A DNA stretch of 43,314 nucleotides from Cytophagales bacterium (GCA_043773645.1 JAYVEZ010000262.1:1-43314), one strand, 5' to 3'; shown: positions 1 through 10,710, numbered from the stretch's first letter. Translations and numbers: made by a program. The notes: generated by a model from the sequence alone, not told the origin.

Positions 1-1034
1 ACATTTTCATCGAATCTTTTCCCCGTCTGATTGGCAACCCACTCAAACAACTTTTTCTTCATTTCCTTCTTCCGGCCGGAGACCAAGGGTTGTGAGTTCT
101 TTTCAAAACCGGTTTCCAGTTTATCATCCTTCCAGTAGGTATGGTTCTGTGCATTGGTAACCGCTTTGATTTCACAGATTCCTTCATAGCCTTTCCACAT
201 CTCACGCGAGACCTCCCCGTGAAGTTGCGAAACACCATTGGCCACCTTGGCCATGCGCAGGGCAGCCAATGTATAATTCAGCACTTTCGATTCCGGCTCA
301 ATGAGTGCGCTGTATTGCTCTTTGTCAACCCCGTCAAAGAAACTCATGACCTCCAGTTGCGCCACCTGATGCTCCTCGTTGCCTGCCACTTCCGGAGTAT
401 GCGTGGTAAACACTACCCGCTTCTTCACTTCATTCAGGTCTTTGTACTTGTCCCACAAGTAAAAGCACAGCGGGAGCGCATGGCCTTCATTCAAGTGATA
501 TATTTCTGTTTCCCGGTTTAGAATATCCAGGAGTTTGGCGCCACCGTAACCCAACAAGCTTGATTGGGCAATGCGTGCACTTTCATGGGGATCGTACAGC
601 CGGTCGGTAATTGTTTGGGCGAGGTGGTCGTTCTCCGGGATGTTGGTAGTCAATAAGAAAAGCGGTGCGGTATGAAATACCTCCGGTTTTAACAGGAGGA
701 CTTTCACCTGCACGCTGTGCTTGTGAATGGTGATTGGAAACTGAATACCGGTTTCCGTAAGAAAGGAATAATTTTTTTCAATGAAGCTCACCTTCATGGT
801 ACCGTCCATGTTTCGCTCCTGGTCATAGTAACCATATTTCCACAGGATGCCGATCCCGATAAAATTCTGCTTCAACTCATAGGCACTGCGAAGGTGCGAG
901 CCGGCGAGAAAGCCCAGGCCACCGCTGTAGATTTTCAGTGATTCGTCAATGGCAAACTCCATCGAAAAATAAGCTACAGGTTTGGAAAATTTATTGTCGA
1001 ATGTGTATGGGAAAAGTGTTGAAAGATCCAGCAT
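1..1034 (-). CDS. glgP: Alpha-glucan (glycogen/starch) phosphorylase, N-terminal part; runs off the left edge
   Basis: Not in the ORF track because there is no stop in the window. Manual translation from ATG at 1034 gives MLDLSTLFPYTFDNKFSKPVAYFSMEFAIDESLKIYSGGLGFLAGSHLRSAYELKQN...YHLNEGHALP. AYFSMEF, YSGGLGxLAG and HLNEGH are GT35 phosphorylase motifs. Confidence 0.93.
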   Translation of the reverse strand, partial: MLDLSTLFPYTFDNKFSKPVAYFSMEFAIDESLKIYSGGLGFLAGSHLRSAYELKQNFIGIGILWKYGYYDQERNMDGTMKVSFIEKNYSFLTETGIQFPITIHKHSVQVKVLLLKPEVFHTAPLFLLTTNIPENDHLAQTITDRLYDPHESARIAQSSLLGYGGAKLLDILNRETEIYHLNEGHALPLCFYLWDKYKDLNEVKKRVVFTTHTPEVAGNEEHQVAQLEVMSFFDGVDKEQYSALIEPESKVLNYTLAALRMAKVANGVSQLHGEVSREMWKGYEGICEIKAVTNAQNHTYWKDDKLETGFEKNSQPLVSGRKKEMKKKLFEWVANQTGKRFDEN

Positions 1035-1148
1035 GGCTACAGAATATGACGAAGGTTAAACAGAAAAATTTTGAAATGGCTATTGCGGCGGCAAAGTAAA
1101 ATTTTTTTGATGAATAAACCGACTGCCGGGAATGAAATTCCGAAGGGT

Positions 1149-3407
1149 TTAGAATGATAAAAACACCGGATCGCCCGAACGGTGGATCATGATATGCATA
1201 ATCTTTTCTGCCGGGGTTCCCGTGATTGTACCTGGTGAATCAAAAGTGGCCTCCGTTCCAACCAGATTGATGGATGTGCCATTCACCTTGATCACATTCG
1301 TGACGTAGATTGACTTTGTCGTGGTGATGGGAAGTATTTTAACCACCTCGCCTTTATCATTGACCTTTATGATATAAGGGCTGCAGTCTCCCCCTCCCGC
1401 TTTGGTCCGGAATTCTTTTCCTGTCAGGTCGCGGATGATGGCATAATTACCAATGGCCAAATACCCATCTATTACGGAGATCAACTCCGTAATGGAACCG
1501 GTCAGATCAATATTTCTTTGCCACATCGTATCTCCCAGCGCATTGATATTCAATAGTGTTAATGATTCGGAAACACGGTAGTCCTGCTTTTCTTCGGCTC
1601 CCTTGAGCAGCACCATAAAGGAGTTACTCTTTTCAGCATAGAGCAGCTTGCGGGGATAATTTCTCTCTTTCAACTTCACTTTAAATTTCTCTTCTCCTTT
1701 TTCATTCAGGTAAACAAGGGTGTTGAATACATTGGTACCAAGAAGTGGAACCGAGCGTATCACAAAAACACAACCTTCCTGGGTCAATACCAACGGACCG
1801 GGCATATTGTTGGCATCCGATACCTTGCTGAGGCTATCAGCCTTAAAATCAAAATTCTTGATCCATGCGGGTTTACCGTCCGGGTTGATCCGAATCACGT
1901 AGGTAACAACATTATTGACTTTGGGGTCGACCGCATAAATGCCCATGAGGTAGGTGCTCCCATCAGGATTTTTCTTGTTCTGAAGCGTCACCGGCCCGCC
2001 TTTGGAAAGCAATCCAAGCAACTCGGGGCTGATCGCACCGACGGTGAGGGGAATTGACCACTTGCCCATTTTCACAACTTTTCCGACATCAAGGGTGCTG
2101 GATGTGGTGGCAATCGCAACGACCGCCGTCTTCAGTCCGGCTGAGTAATCGTTCATCGTGGATTGAACATACCTTAGCTCGTCAGACGCATACTTCTTCA
2201 ACCCTTCGGTGGTGCCATAATACTTCTCAAAGAAAACCTGGTGCTTTCTGATCTTGTCTGGAAGTAACCGCGATTTCAATTGTTCAATAAGCGTATCCGC
2301 CGACCGGTTGGAGTAGATCAGGCTACTGTACATCTCGCCATTTCTCATGGCGTCAATGCTGTCCGGCGTAAAGGATTTTGATTTGATCAGCCAGCTTTGT
2401 TTGAACGCCTTGTAATCGAGCAGGGCAAGCACGAGGGATTGTTTGTCAAAGTTGTTCAGGGTAAACACCAGTTGCTTATCCAATTTGAATGGCGTGATGC
2501 CTTGCCCGCCGGAAGTCTGAATATTTGCCAGCGACTCATCAAGCTTTTCTTCATTGTGAATCAATTTTGTCCTCAATGCAGCAATGTCCGAACCCACATT
2601 CTTTTTCACCAGATCTACCCAGGACGAATAATCCCAGAACTCCACATCCGCGGTGAGAAAATTCATGCGTGTAATCAATCCGTCCAACCGGTACGTGACA
2701 ATGGGTTTGATGTGATATTTCTGCTTGTGAATGGCTATCGGAAAGACTTTTGTGAGCTGGATGTATTTGTCGAAATACAACTTTGCTGAATCAAAATCCT
2801 GTTTCAATTGGGTCAATTGTTTGTCTGTGCTGGCATCGTAGAACAGATATAAGTCATCTAAACTCAGGAAACTGTCATTCACCCGGGCAAATTCCTTAAC
2901 AGCCCTGTCATAAAAATTTACACTTCGGGTAAAATCAAGATAGATGGGTGGAATCTTTTCCAGGAAAAATTGGGCGGAATCGTAACCTGAACTTATCTTC
3001 TTAGCGACCAAGGGGAACTCCACATTGGGTTTCCCCTTCACATCAAATGTTTTAAAAATGGGGAAATAGTATTCATTGTTCCTGGATACTTCCCGTTCAT
3101 CCACCAGTTGCTTAGACTTCAGAAACCTCAACTTGGCCTGCTCAGCATTCGCAAGCGCAAAGTCATAACGGGTCAGCGGATCGGCGAATTTATAATTGGT
3201 TTCATAGACCAATGCCAACCGGAAATTTGCATTGGGATGATCATTGTCTTCGGCAAGGTATTCTTTCAGGGTATTCTTCAATTCAGCCTGCGTCATCGTC
3301 GCCAGGGTGGGGAAAAGATCTTTATAACGAACCTTCTGGCCATGGGCATTGATCGCTCCCAGGAGGATGCCCAGCATGATCATGGTTAGCCACTTCCCGT
3401 TCTTCAT
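1149..3407 (-). CDS. Exported hypothetical protein (752 aa); helical N-terminal half, probable beta-propeller C-terminal region
   Basis: Signal peptide MKNGKWLTMIMLGILLGAINAHG-Q. Repeated C-terminal blade-like motifs (INPDGKPAWIK, LNEKGEEKFK, INALGDTMWQR, VNDKGEVVK). 4-bp overlap with the upstream OmpA gene. Confidence 0.75.
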   Translation of the reverse strand: MKNGKWLTMIMLGILLGAINAHGQKVRYKDLFPTLATMTQAELKNTLKEYLAEDNDHPNANFRLALVYETNYKFADPLTRYDFALANAEQAKLRFLKSKQLVDEREVSRNNEYYFPIFKTFDVKGKPNVEFPLVAKKISSGYDSAQFFLEKIPPIYLDFTRSVNFYDRAVKEFARVNDSFLSLDDLYLFYDASTDKQLTQLKQDFDSAKLYFDKYIQLTKVFPIAIHKQKYHIKPIVTYRLDGLITRMNFLTADVEFWDYSSWVDLVKKNVGSDIAALRTKLIHNEEKLDESLANIQTSGGQGITPFKLDKQLVFTLNNFDKQSLVLALLDYKAFKQSWLIKSKSFTPDSIDAMRNGEMYSSLIYSNRSADTLIEQLKSRLLPDKIRKHQVFFEKYYGTTEGLKKYASDELRYVQSTMNDYSAGLKTAVVAIATTSSTLDVGKVVKMGKWSIPLTVGAISPELLGLLSKGGPVTLQNKKNPDGSTYLMGIYAVDPKVNNVVTYVIRINPDGKPAWIKNFDFKADSLSKVSDANNMPGPLVLTQEGCVFVIRSVPLLGTNVFNTLVYLNEKGEEKFKVKLKERNYPRKLLYAEKSNSFMVLLKGAEEKQDYRVSESLTLLNINALGDTMWQRNIDLTGSITELISVIDGYLAIGNYAIIRDLTGKEFRTKAGGGDCSPYIIKVNDKGEVVKILPITTTKSIYVTNVIKVNGTSINLVGTEATFDSPGTITGTPAEKIMHIMIHRSGDPVFLSF

Positions 3408-5464
3408 ATGCTCAGTATTTTCAATTCCACCCTGCGGTTGATGGCGCGGTTTGCGTCGCTGTCGTTGGGTACTTTCACCTGCGATTCACCATATCCTTTT
3501 GCAATGAATCGATCCGGGCTCACCTTGTTTTGCAAGAGGAAATCCATCACGCTCTTGGCACGCTTCTGAGACAAGAGTTGGTTGTAAGTTTCTGATCCAA
3601 CATCATCGGTATGGGCTGCCACCTCTACTTTCAGGGTGGGATTTTCATTCATCAATTGAACCACGCGGTCCAGTTCACGGTAAGAAATTTCGGACAGCTT
3701 GTCATTGTTGGATTCAAAATTAATATCCCGCAAGGTGAGCTTGGCATCGCGTTCCAACTTCAATAATTTAACATTGACGGGCGCCGGAGTACCCGTTGTC
3801 AGATCGATCACAGAAGAACTGAAGGCATATCCCTGATCACTGGTGACTTCCATTTCATATCGATCACCCGCCCGCAGAGAAACCATCTGATTGCCGCTTA
3901 CTTCAATTACCTCCTCACGGCTTTTGTTTCGCAAGATGACTTTCGATTTGACTTTGCCGTTGTTCATCAAGTCTGCTACATTCAATTCAACCTCCACTTT
4001 CTCCGGTTGCAATTCCAAATACTTTTCAAAATTCCGGTAGATCACGAGACCCTGAACATTAAAATTCACGATCACACTCTTGAAGTGAGGGGCACTCACG
4101 ATGATTTCATACTCCTTCCCAACCGGCAAGTCGATCACGATGCGACCATCTTTTGGATTGTTGCGCGCATCCTTCAGAAAAGTGTTTTGCCCCTTCTCTT
4201 TTACTTTTATTTCCGCCGGCACAGGCTCCAGTATTTCCTTGTCACTGACATTCAACGTCAGTTGTACCGATTTAAAAAGCTGAACCGGCAACTCAATTTC
4301 CTGGTACTTGTTTACTGCACGCAGGTCAAGGGCATGGGTAAAAGACGAGTATCCATCTTTTCTGAATTCAATATTGAAGCTGTTGCCCACCGGCAGCACA
4401 ATGGTGTACCTTCCATCCACGGGGTTGTTGTCAAGTTGCATCACGATTTGGGACGTGAGCGCATCGGTGACAATGATGTCGGCACCGATGCCCCCTTTGG
4501 TATCGCGGTCGGTGATAAAGCCTTGAACAATATTATTTCTGAATTGCCGCAGGCTTGGCGGAATGACTACCGAATAAATATCCGAATTGTTGTACGTATA
4601 GTACATCAAGTCTCCCTCAGCCGATATGCAGGGCAATTGATCGTCTTTGTCGGTGTTCACATAGGCCAATGGCACGGGTTGCGACCATTCACCCAGGGCA
4701 TTCAACTTCGATTGATACATGTCAAATCCACCTTTCCCTCCCACGCGATTGGAGGAAAAGATCAGGGTCTTTCCATCGGCCATGATCCGTGGGGCTTTCT
4801 CACATTCCTGGTTGATGGGCCACGGCAATTTTTCAGGCTTGCCCCATTTGTCATCCTTGTCTTTGACGGATTTATAAATGCTCAGACAAAATATCTGTTC
4901 TTTTTCCTTACGCAGGACTTTGTCTTGCGGTCCCTCAAAGTTTTGCCGAACAAAATACAGGGTCGTGCCATCGGCACTCACCGATGGGAAACCTTCATAG
5001 CCATCGGTATTGATCGGGGCTCCAATCGAAATGGGGTCGGCCCATCCCGTCTTCAGGCGATGGGAATAAAAAATATCGTGATTGCCATGAACACCGACAG
5101 ACCTGAAAAAGAATAACAGGTTGCCATCAAAACTTAAACTGGGTCCGCCAAACAAATCCATTGAATCAGCCGGTGGCGTGATCTTGTCCATGTACACGGG
5201 CTTTCCCCACTTCCCATTTTCTTGTCGCACTTCGAAGAGCCCGTATTTCTTACCTGATTCACTCCGCTGAAATATGATTGTCTTACCATCTGCCTGGATG
5301 GTAGGGGCATATTCTGTAACAATTGGCTCACTGATCGCGGGTTTTTTGGTGTTGTTATAATAAACCATGGAGTCAACCGGTGTGGTGGTTGTGGGCTGAA
5401 CCTGAGCCTCCATGGCAACTGGAATTGAAATCAACAAAAGAAATAAAATATGCCGCATAAGCAT
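3404..5464 (-). CDS. OmpA-family protein with PD40 (WD40-like) repeats and C-terminal peptidoglycan-binding domain
   Basis: PD40-type repeats (PTIQADGKTIIF, PSLSFDGNLLFF, PSVSADGTTLYF, PRIMADGKTLIFSS). OmpA_C motifs INFESN, AHTDDVGSETYNQLLSQKRA and NRRVE. Likely start 5464 or 5458 (signal peptide MRHILFLLLISIPVAMEA-Q). Confidence 0.92.
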   Translation of the reverse strand: MLMRHILFLLLISIPVAMEAQVQPTTTTPVDSMVYYNNTKKPAISEPIVTEYAPTIQADGKTIIFQRSESGKKYGLFEVRQENGKWGKPVYMDKITPPADSMDLFGGPSLSFDGNLLFFFRSVGVHGNHDIFYSHRLKTGWADPISIGAPINTDGYEGFPSVSADGTTLYFVRQNFEGPQDKVLRKEKEQIFCLSIYKSVKDKDDKWGKPEKLPWPINQECEKAPRIMADGKTLIFSSNRVGGKGGFDMYQSKLNALGEWSQPVPLAYVNTDKDDQLPCISAEGDLMYYTYNNSDIYSVVIPPSLRQFRNNIVQGFITDRDTKGGIGADIIVTDALTSQIVMQLDNNPVDGRYTIVLPVGNSFNIEFRKDGYSSFTHALDLRAVNKYQEIELPVQLFKSVQLTLNVSDKEILEPVPAEIKVKEKGQNTFLKDARNNPKDGRIVIDLPVGKEYEIIVSAPHFKSVIVNFNVQGLVIYRNFEKYLELQPEKVEVELNVADLMNNGKVKSKVILRNKSREEVIEVSGNQMVSLRAGDRYEMEVTSDQGYAFSSSVIDLTTGTPAPVNVKLLKLERDAKLTLRDINFESNNDKLSEISYRELDRVVQLMNENPTLKVEVAAHTDDVGSETYNQLLSQKRAKSVMDFLLQNKVSPDRFIAKGYGESQVKVPNDSDANRAINRRVELKILSI

Positions 5465-5475
5465 TTGTGAATGTA

Positions 5476-8400
5476 TCATAACCCAATTAAAACAAAAGCA
5501 GCCCAAAAATAAGGAGCATCATATTTTTCCTTCATTGACAATTGGGCCGTCCGGAATGCTTCGTTGCGTTCCTGACCACCCAGCCAATGGGAGTAGAACA
5601 GATTCATCAATTCCTGGGTAGCCACGTCGTCTACCTGCCATAAACTCATGAGCACAGAATTCGCACCTGCCACCAGGAAAGATCTCTGCAAACCATAAAC
5701 ACCCTCGCCGTTGCGTATTTCCCCCAATCCGGTTTCACAAGCTGAAAGGACGACCAGATCGGTTTTGTCAAGGTTCAAATTCATGGCCTCGTAGGCTGTG
5801 AGCACGCCATCTTCCTGACTTTTTCTAATACTTCTTTCTACCCCTGCTCCGGCCAGGAGCACACCAGAACGAAAGAGCGGATTGCTCAAAAGTTCACTGG
5901 TCTCATTTTCATTGATCTCCACATCACTGAGAAAAAAACCATGGGTGGCAATGTGAATCACCTCGGCCCCATCCACTTTCTTCATGTTTTCCTCCGTGGC
6001 TTCCATTTTTTTAAATACCTGAGAAGTCCATTTGCTGGAGGTAAGAATTTTTTCAACCTCGTCCACTTCCCTTTCCGTGGCGGGCAGCATGGGTATTTGC
6101 TCCTCATCAAATCCATAGACCCGCGCCATGCTCCTTTTTGCCGAAGCCGCTTGGACGTTGGGCAGGTCCATATTGAAATCAGCAAAACCAAAAATCGAAG
6201 CGTTCTTTGTATAAGAGGTGGCCCTTCTTTCTTCCGCTAGTTCTCGCGTATTGCTCACCAGCCGGATGGTAAAGTCATCAATTACCCACCGTTTGGCTGA
6301 GGAATTATAGAGCGAGTTAAAGTTGACCTTATTGAACACACCATCGCAGCTCAAATAAATGGTTTGAATGCCCGACAATTTTTCGTTGAGGGGTTGCCAG
6401 AAGTAGCGATAGGAAGTGGTATCACGCAAATGATATTTAATGGTGTTGCGGTGAAATTTATACAAACGCGTCTCCAATTGTATCCCTTTCGGCCAAACCA
6501 TGATCTCTGGACTTTGGGTTGAAGGTTGAAGCATCAAGGCAATGTAATACACTGAGTCCGTTGCGTACCTTTTTTTAATTCGAACAATTTCGACGGCGGA
6601 TTCTCCCTCCTTAAGACTTTGCTGAACTTCTTTCCACCGGATTTCCTCTTTTTCGAATTGCGATTTGAAGCCATCGGATTTTTGAGAAAGGGTTTTTTCA
6701 AGATCATTTGCACGGCTTTCCAAGCCAGGCAAATCCACCGACAAATTCTCCCGTTCTTCTTTGGTGTAGTTATAGTATCGGACCATCTGTTCCTTCAGCG
6801 ACAGCCATTCATTAAAGGTGGTTTTCAACTCAGGGTCGCCGCTGCTCATAATGCGGGACCGAACTTTATTGCTCGCATTCAGCAAAATTGCTTTGGTTGA
6901 CAATTGCAGATCGTAAAGCCTGATCGCCATTTCCGGACGGCTCGCAGGATTGGCAAACAAATACTGCACACAAAAATCCTGGTAAGCTTCGAAGACGGGT
7001 TTGATCTTGGTATAAAAAGCGCCCTTCTCCTTTTCGCTCAGTGACGGAAAAAAGCTCTTGACTTGCTTTTGATAGTCTGCCACCACAGGCTCATAGTACT
7101 GCCTTGCTTTTTCCCATTGACCTTGCGCGTGGTACACACCGGCCAATCCGAACAGGGAGCGTGCATAGTCAGGGTGGTTCTCTCCCAAAATTTTCTTGCG
7201 CAGGTCTACACTTTCCTGCCAGGTCTTTTCAGCCTGAACAAAGTCACCCTTGTCTTGATAGAACACTGCAAGGTTGCTAATTGTCGTAGCGTAGGATGGG
7301 TGGTCTGGTCCCAGGGTAGATTTGGTAAGGGCAAGCGCCTGATTCAGGGCCTGCTCCGCTTCCTGCTTTCTCCCAAGTTTTTGGTACAGGGTTGCGAGAT
7401 TTTGAAGGGAAATGGCATAGGATGGATTATTTTCTCCAGACACTTTCAGATCAATTTCAAGCGCTTCTTTTAGAAGGGGTTCCGCCAATTCCAATTGTCC
7501 TTGTAATTGATAGAGTGCTGCAAGGTTTTGTGTTGCAGTGGAATATTCAGCATTCCATTTGCCATAGAGTCTTTCAAAAATAGCCTTGGCTTCTTGAAGC
7601 AATTGTCCTGCATCGCGATAGTTTCCAAGTGTTTGATATAACAGCGCCAAACTGTTGAGGGAAGTTGCGTAGGGTGCACTTTGAGGGCCGCGTGTGACTT
7701 TGATCATGTCACGGGCATTTTTCAGGTAGGGTTCCGCCTTGGTGTAGTCACCTGTGATTTGATAATAACGCCCCATACTCAATAATCCCTGGGCATATAC
7801 AGATGAAGTCTCTCCCGCTATTGTTCTATAAATAAGCAGGGCCGAATCAAGTTCCATCTTTACGTGTGACATATCTCCCAACCGCATGCGCAGCATGGCC
7901 AGATTCTCCATCGCTTCTCCGTAGGCAAGGCTGGATTTTCCATTCAACACACCTGTGGCAACAAGGGTGTTGAACATCAGGGTCCTTGCACCGGACAGAT
8001 GTCCCTGGATTTGCTCCGAGGCTGCGAGGTTGTTGAGTGTTGTTAAGTAATAAGAGTCAATCTGTTTTTCATTTGGGTAGTAAGTCGATAGGATCATTTG
8101 ATAAATAGAATCGGCCCTTGAATAAGAACCATTTCTGCTTTCGAGGGCTGCCATGCCAACATAAGCCGGGATCATTTCTTTGGTTAGTTTAACCAAAAGC
8201 TTTTCATTCATGGCAAGTATCAGTTGAAAAACGGTTTTGGCTTCCTGTGTTTTGCCATCGAGGGTAAAAACGTTTCCCTGCTTGGTCAGGATGGAGATAC
8301 ACTGTCTGTCATTGGGGCCATATAATTTTTCAGTAATGGCGCGGGCATCGGATAGGCGGGCAAGTGCCATCTCCTGTTCTCCCATTTCCGAATACATCAT

Positions 8401-9471
8401 CCCCAAATTTTCAAGAACACTTGCACTGCTTGACTGTGATTCTTTGTCGTCAGATTGGAAATAGGACAATGCTTCCAGGTACAACTTCTCAGCTTTTTCG
8501 AAGTCACCCATGGATTGATAATATGTTGCGCTGTTATTGATGGCCAGGGCATAGGCTGGACCCGCTTTGGGATTACCCTGAATGGTAGCCAGCAGGGCTT
8601 CGGCTTCTGATAGTTTCCCTGCTTTTTGAAAACTGGTAACACGGGCATTTACTATTTTGAAGTAATCATTTCCTTCTTTGCCCGCCAGGCTTTCATACAA
8701 TTTTTGAGCGGCCATATACTCTTCTTCCGCTTTAGCATAGAGGTTGGTTTGATCGTAAGCCTGACCCAAACCCAATAGAACCATTGCATAGTTCACGGAA
8801 TTCTGAAGGGAAGCCATTTCATATAGTTCCTTTGTTTTTTGAAAACCGGAAATGGCGACTTCTGTTTTTCCGGATTCGGCATTGAGCAGGGCATAATAAT
8901 AGTACCCTTCCAATTTATCTTCCGACGCCAGGTTAACGTGATCCATTTCTGGAAGGGCCATCGAAAATGCGTCAAAGGATTTTTGAAGATCGTCGTGCAA
9001 ATAATAATTGATGGCCAGGTTAATTTTACAACTGACCATCGGCAACTCATTCTCTTTATAGAATTGAGAAAAAATCAGTTGGGCCTTGTCCAAGGCTTCA
9101 ATAGCATGAGCGTAGTTTCCCAGCTGACGGTAGAACTGTGCCTGATTGGAAAGCGCTGTCGCGTAGGTGGTGTCCTTCTTTCGTTCGAGAAGGGTGAGTT
9201 CCTTTTGGATGTATCCAAGTCCGTCAGAGAACCTTTCTTCGGCATAGCAAATCGTTGAAAGCAGGCGTAGGATGGCCGAATAATTTTCATTTGTTTCTCC
9301 CCCTGCACCAACGTACTTGTTCAAGGCGCTTTCGGATAAACGAAAAGCCTCCTTCAGATCATCAGCATTGTAAGAGGTCAGCGCCTGCTTATAATCATCC
9401 CGCCAATCTTGCGCATAGACATAGAGTGAAGCAAATAGAAATACAATCGTATATAGGATACGAGAATACAT
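5476..9471 (-). CDS. Exported TPR-repeat / CHAT-domain (caspase-like) protein
   Basis: Signal peptide MYSRILYTIVFLFASLYVYA-Q (start 9471). Many TPR repeats (e.g. YATSLNSLALLYQTLGNY, YAISLQNLATLYQKLG). CHAT motifs IHIATHGFF, VVLSACETGLG and PYFWAAFVLIG. Confidence 0.93.
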   Translation of the reverse strand: MYSRILYTIVFLFASLYVYAQDWRDDYKQALTSYNADDLKEAFRLSESALNKYVGAGGETNENYSAILRLLSTICYAEERFSDGLGYIQKELTLLERKKDTTYATALSNQAQFYRQLGNYAHAIEALDKAQLIFSQFYKENELPMVSCKINLAINYYLHDDLQKSFDAFSMALPEMDHVNLASEDKLEGYYYYALLNAESGKTEVAISGFQKTKELYEMASLQNSVNYAMVLLGLGQAYDQTNLYAKAEEEYMAAQKLYESLAGKEGNDYFKIVNARVTSFQKAGKLSEAEALLATIQGNPKAGPAYALAINNSATYYQSMGDFEKAEKLYLEALSYFQSDDKESQSSSASVLENLGMMYSEMGEQEMALARLSDARAITEKLYGPNDRQCISILTKQGNVFTLDGKTQEAKTVFQLILAMNEKLLVKLTKEMIPAYVGMAALESRNGSYSRADSIYQMILSTYYPNEKQIDSYYLTTLNNLAASEQIQGHLSGARTLMFNTLVATGVLNGKSSLAYGEAMENLAMLRMRLGDMSHVKMELDSALLIYRTIAGETSSVYAQGLLSMGRYYQITGDYTKAEPYLKNARDMIKVTRGPQSAPYATSLNSLALLYQTLGNYRDAGQLLQEAKAIFERLYGKWNAEYSTATQNLAALYQLQGQLELAEPLLKEALEIDLKVSGENNPSYAISLQNLATLYQKLGRKQEAEQALNQALALTKSTLGPDHPSYATTISNLAVFYQDKGDFVQAEKTWQESVDLRKKILGENHPDYARSLFGLAGVYHAQGQWEKARQYYEPVVADYQKQVKSFFPSLSEKEKGAFYTKIKPVFEAYQDFCVQYLFANPASRPEMAIRLYDLQLSTKAILLNASNKVRSRIMSSGDPELKTTFNEWLSLKEQMVRYYNYTKEERENLSVDLPGLESRANDLEKTLSQKSDGFKSQFEKEEIRWKEVQQSLKEGESAVEIVRIKKRYATDSVYYIALMLQPSTQSPEIMVWPKGIQLETRLYKFHRNTIKYHLRDTTSYRYFWQPLNEKLSGIQTIYLSCDGVFNKVNFNSLYNSSAKRWVIDDFTIRLVSNTRELAEERRATSYTKNASIFGFADFNMDLPNVQAASAKRSMARVYGFDEEQIPMLPATEREVDEVEKILTSSKWTSQVFKKMEATEENMKKVDGAEVIHIATHGFFLSDVEINENETSELLSNPLFRSGVLLAGAGVERSIRKSQEDGVLTAYEAMNLNLDKTDLVVLSACETGLGEIRNGEGVYGLQRSFLVAGANSVLMSLWQVDDVATQELMNLFYSHWLGGQERNEAFRTAQLSMKEKYDAPYFWAAFVLIGL

Positions 9472-9670
9472 GCGCTTTTTTATTTCCGTTACACCTGATC
9501 TATCCATCCGGACTCTCCGCAAAGTCAGGATGATCAGCCAATCATCATAATCCTTCTAAAATACTCACTTCCCGCTGTCCCAACCAAATTTTCAAAGTTC
9601 AGATTACCATCAATTAAACCAATACCCTTTTAGGGGTATGGCCTGTTAACAAATCAAGGTGCGACAGTTA

Positions 9671-10084
9671 TTAGAAATACTTGATCGACAAGGAAAGTTT
9701 GTGCTGGGCCGGGAATTTGAATAAGGCCTTTTCAAATGAGGGTGGACCGAACAATCCCATGGCATCGTTTGAAAACCCGACGCCTTCTTTGGGGATTCCA
9801 ATGAAGTTGGCGTCGAGCTTTCCATTTTCATTGGCATCGTGGAACACCGAGATCGCATACGCCCCAGGTGGAAGATCATGAAACATGACCGTTGCGGTAC
9901 CCGATTTCGCCTTCAGTTTTTCTCCTTTCCAGGGCACCTTCATAAATGTCGATTCCGTGTTAAATAATCCAACCATCAGAATGCCTTCAGTGCCATGAAT
10001 ATTTGTGATCAACACCTCCAGGTCTTGCGCGGCGGAAGTCGTATAACAACCCAATGCGAAGAAAAAGCAGAAGAAAGTCTTCAT
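9671..10084 (-). CDS. DUF2141 family exported protein
   Basis: Signal peptide, then LPPGAYAISVFHDANENGKLDANFIGIPKEGVGFSN and GPPSFEKA. Confidence 0.9.
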   Translation of the reverse strand: MKTFFCFFFALGCYTTSAAQDLEVLITNIHGTEGILMVGLFNTESTFMKVPWKGEKLKAKSGTATVMFHDLPPGAYAISVFHDANENGKLDANFIGIPKEGVGFSNDAMGLFGPPSFEKALFKFPAQHKLSLSIKYF

Positions 10085-10230
10085 TCAATCAAATTTAGGC
10101 CATTGGATTTAATTTCAGGTTGTTCAAAAAATGGGGCCGGCGCTGATATCCCGATCCGCATTAACATGGAGTTAACAAGTTAATTGCCAAGTCTTTTGCT
10201 ATTTTTATAGTTACGTTCAATTCCAACACT

Positions 10231-10710
10231 ATGGCATCATTAACCCTCAAGATCAACAACAAAAATTACACCGTCGAGGCCGATCCAAAGATGCCCTTGC
10301 TTTGGGCTATCCGCGACCTGGTAGGACTCACCGGCACCAAATATGGCTGCGGAATCTCGCAATGTGGGGCCTGCACCGTTCATCTCGATGGAACGCCTGT
10401 GAGGTCATGCTCATTGCCCGTCTCAGCCGTTGCTAATAAAAATATTACCACCATTGAAGGCCTGTCAACTGACAATTCACATCCCGTTCAGTTAGCATGG
10501 ATTCAGGAGCAGGTGCCTCAGTGTGGTTATTGCCAGAGCGGACAAATTATGGCAGCTACCGCGCTGTTGAAGAAAATTCCTAGTCCGACCGACAAGGACA
10601 TTGACACCGCCATGCAGGGTCTGATCTGTCGCTGCGGGACCTACACCCGCATCCGCAAAGCCATCAAAACGGCCTCAGTTCTCATGGCGCAAAAGGCATC
10701 CACCAAATAA
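10231..10710 (+). CDS. iorA: (2Fe-2S)-binding small subunit of an isoquinoline 1-oxidoreductase / aldehyde oxidoreductase-type molybdoenzyme
   Basis: [17 protein letters not shown]...RSC and QCGYCQSGQ...CRCGTY 2Fe-2S motifs. Confidence 0.92.
   Translation: MASLTLKINNKNYTVEADPKMPLLWAIRDLVGLTGTKYGCGISQCGACTVHLDGTPVRSCSLPVSAVANKNITTIEGLSTDNSHPVQLAWIQEQVPQCGYCQSGQIMAATALLKKIPSPTDKDIDTAMQGLICRCGTYTRIRKAIKTASVLMAQKASTK

Noticed and set aside
141-941. Plus-strand ORFs 141..521 and 717..941
   Set aside because: Antisense shadows of the minus-strand phosphorylase; no motifs.
4007-5116. 369-aa plus-strand ORF
   Set aside because: Lies wholly antisense to the OmpA gene; no recognisable motifs; typical reverse-frame shadow.
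5476-9471. CRISPR-associated (Craspase-type) role for the TPR-CHAT protein
   Set aside because: It has a signal peptide, and there is no cas gene or array in the window.
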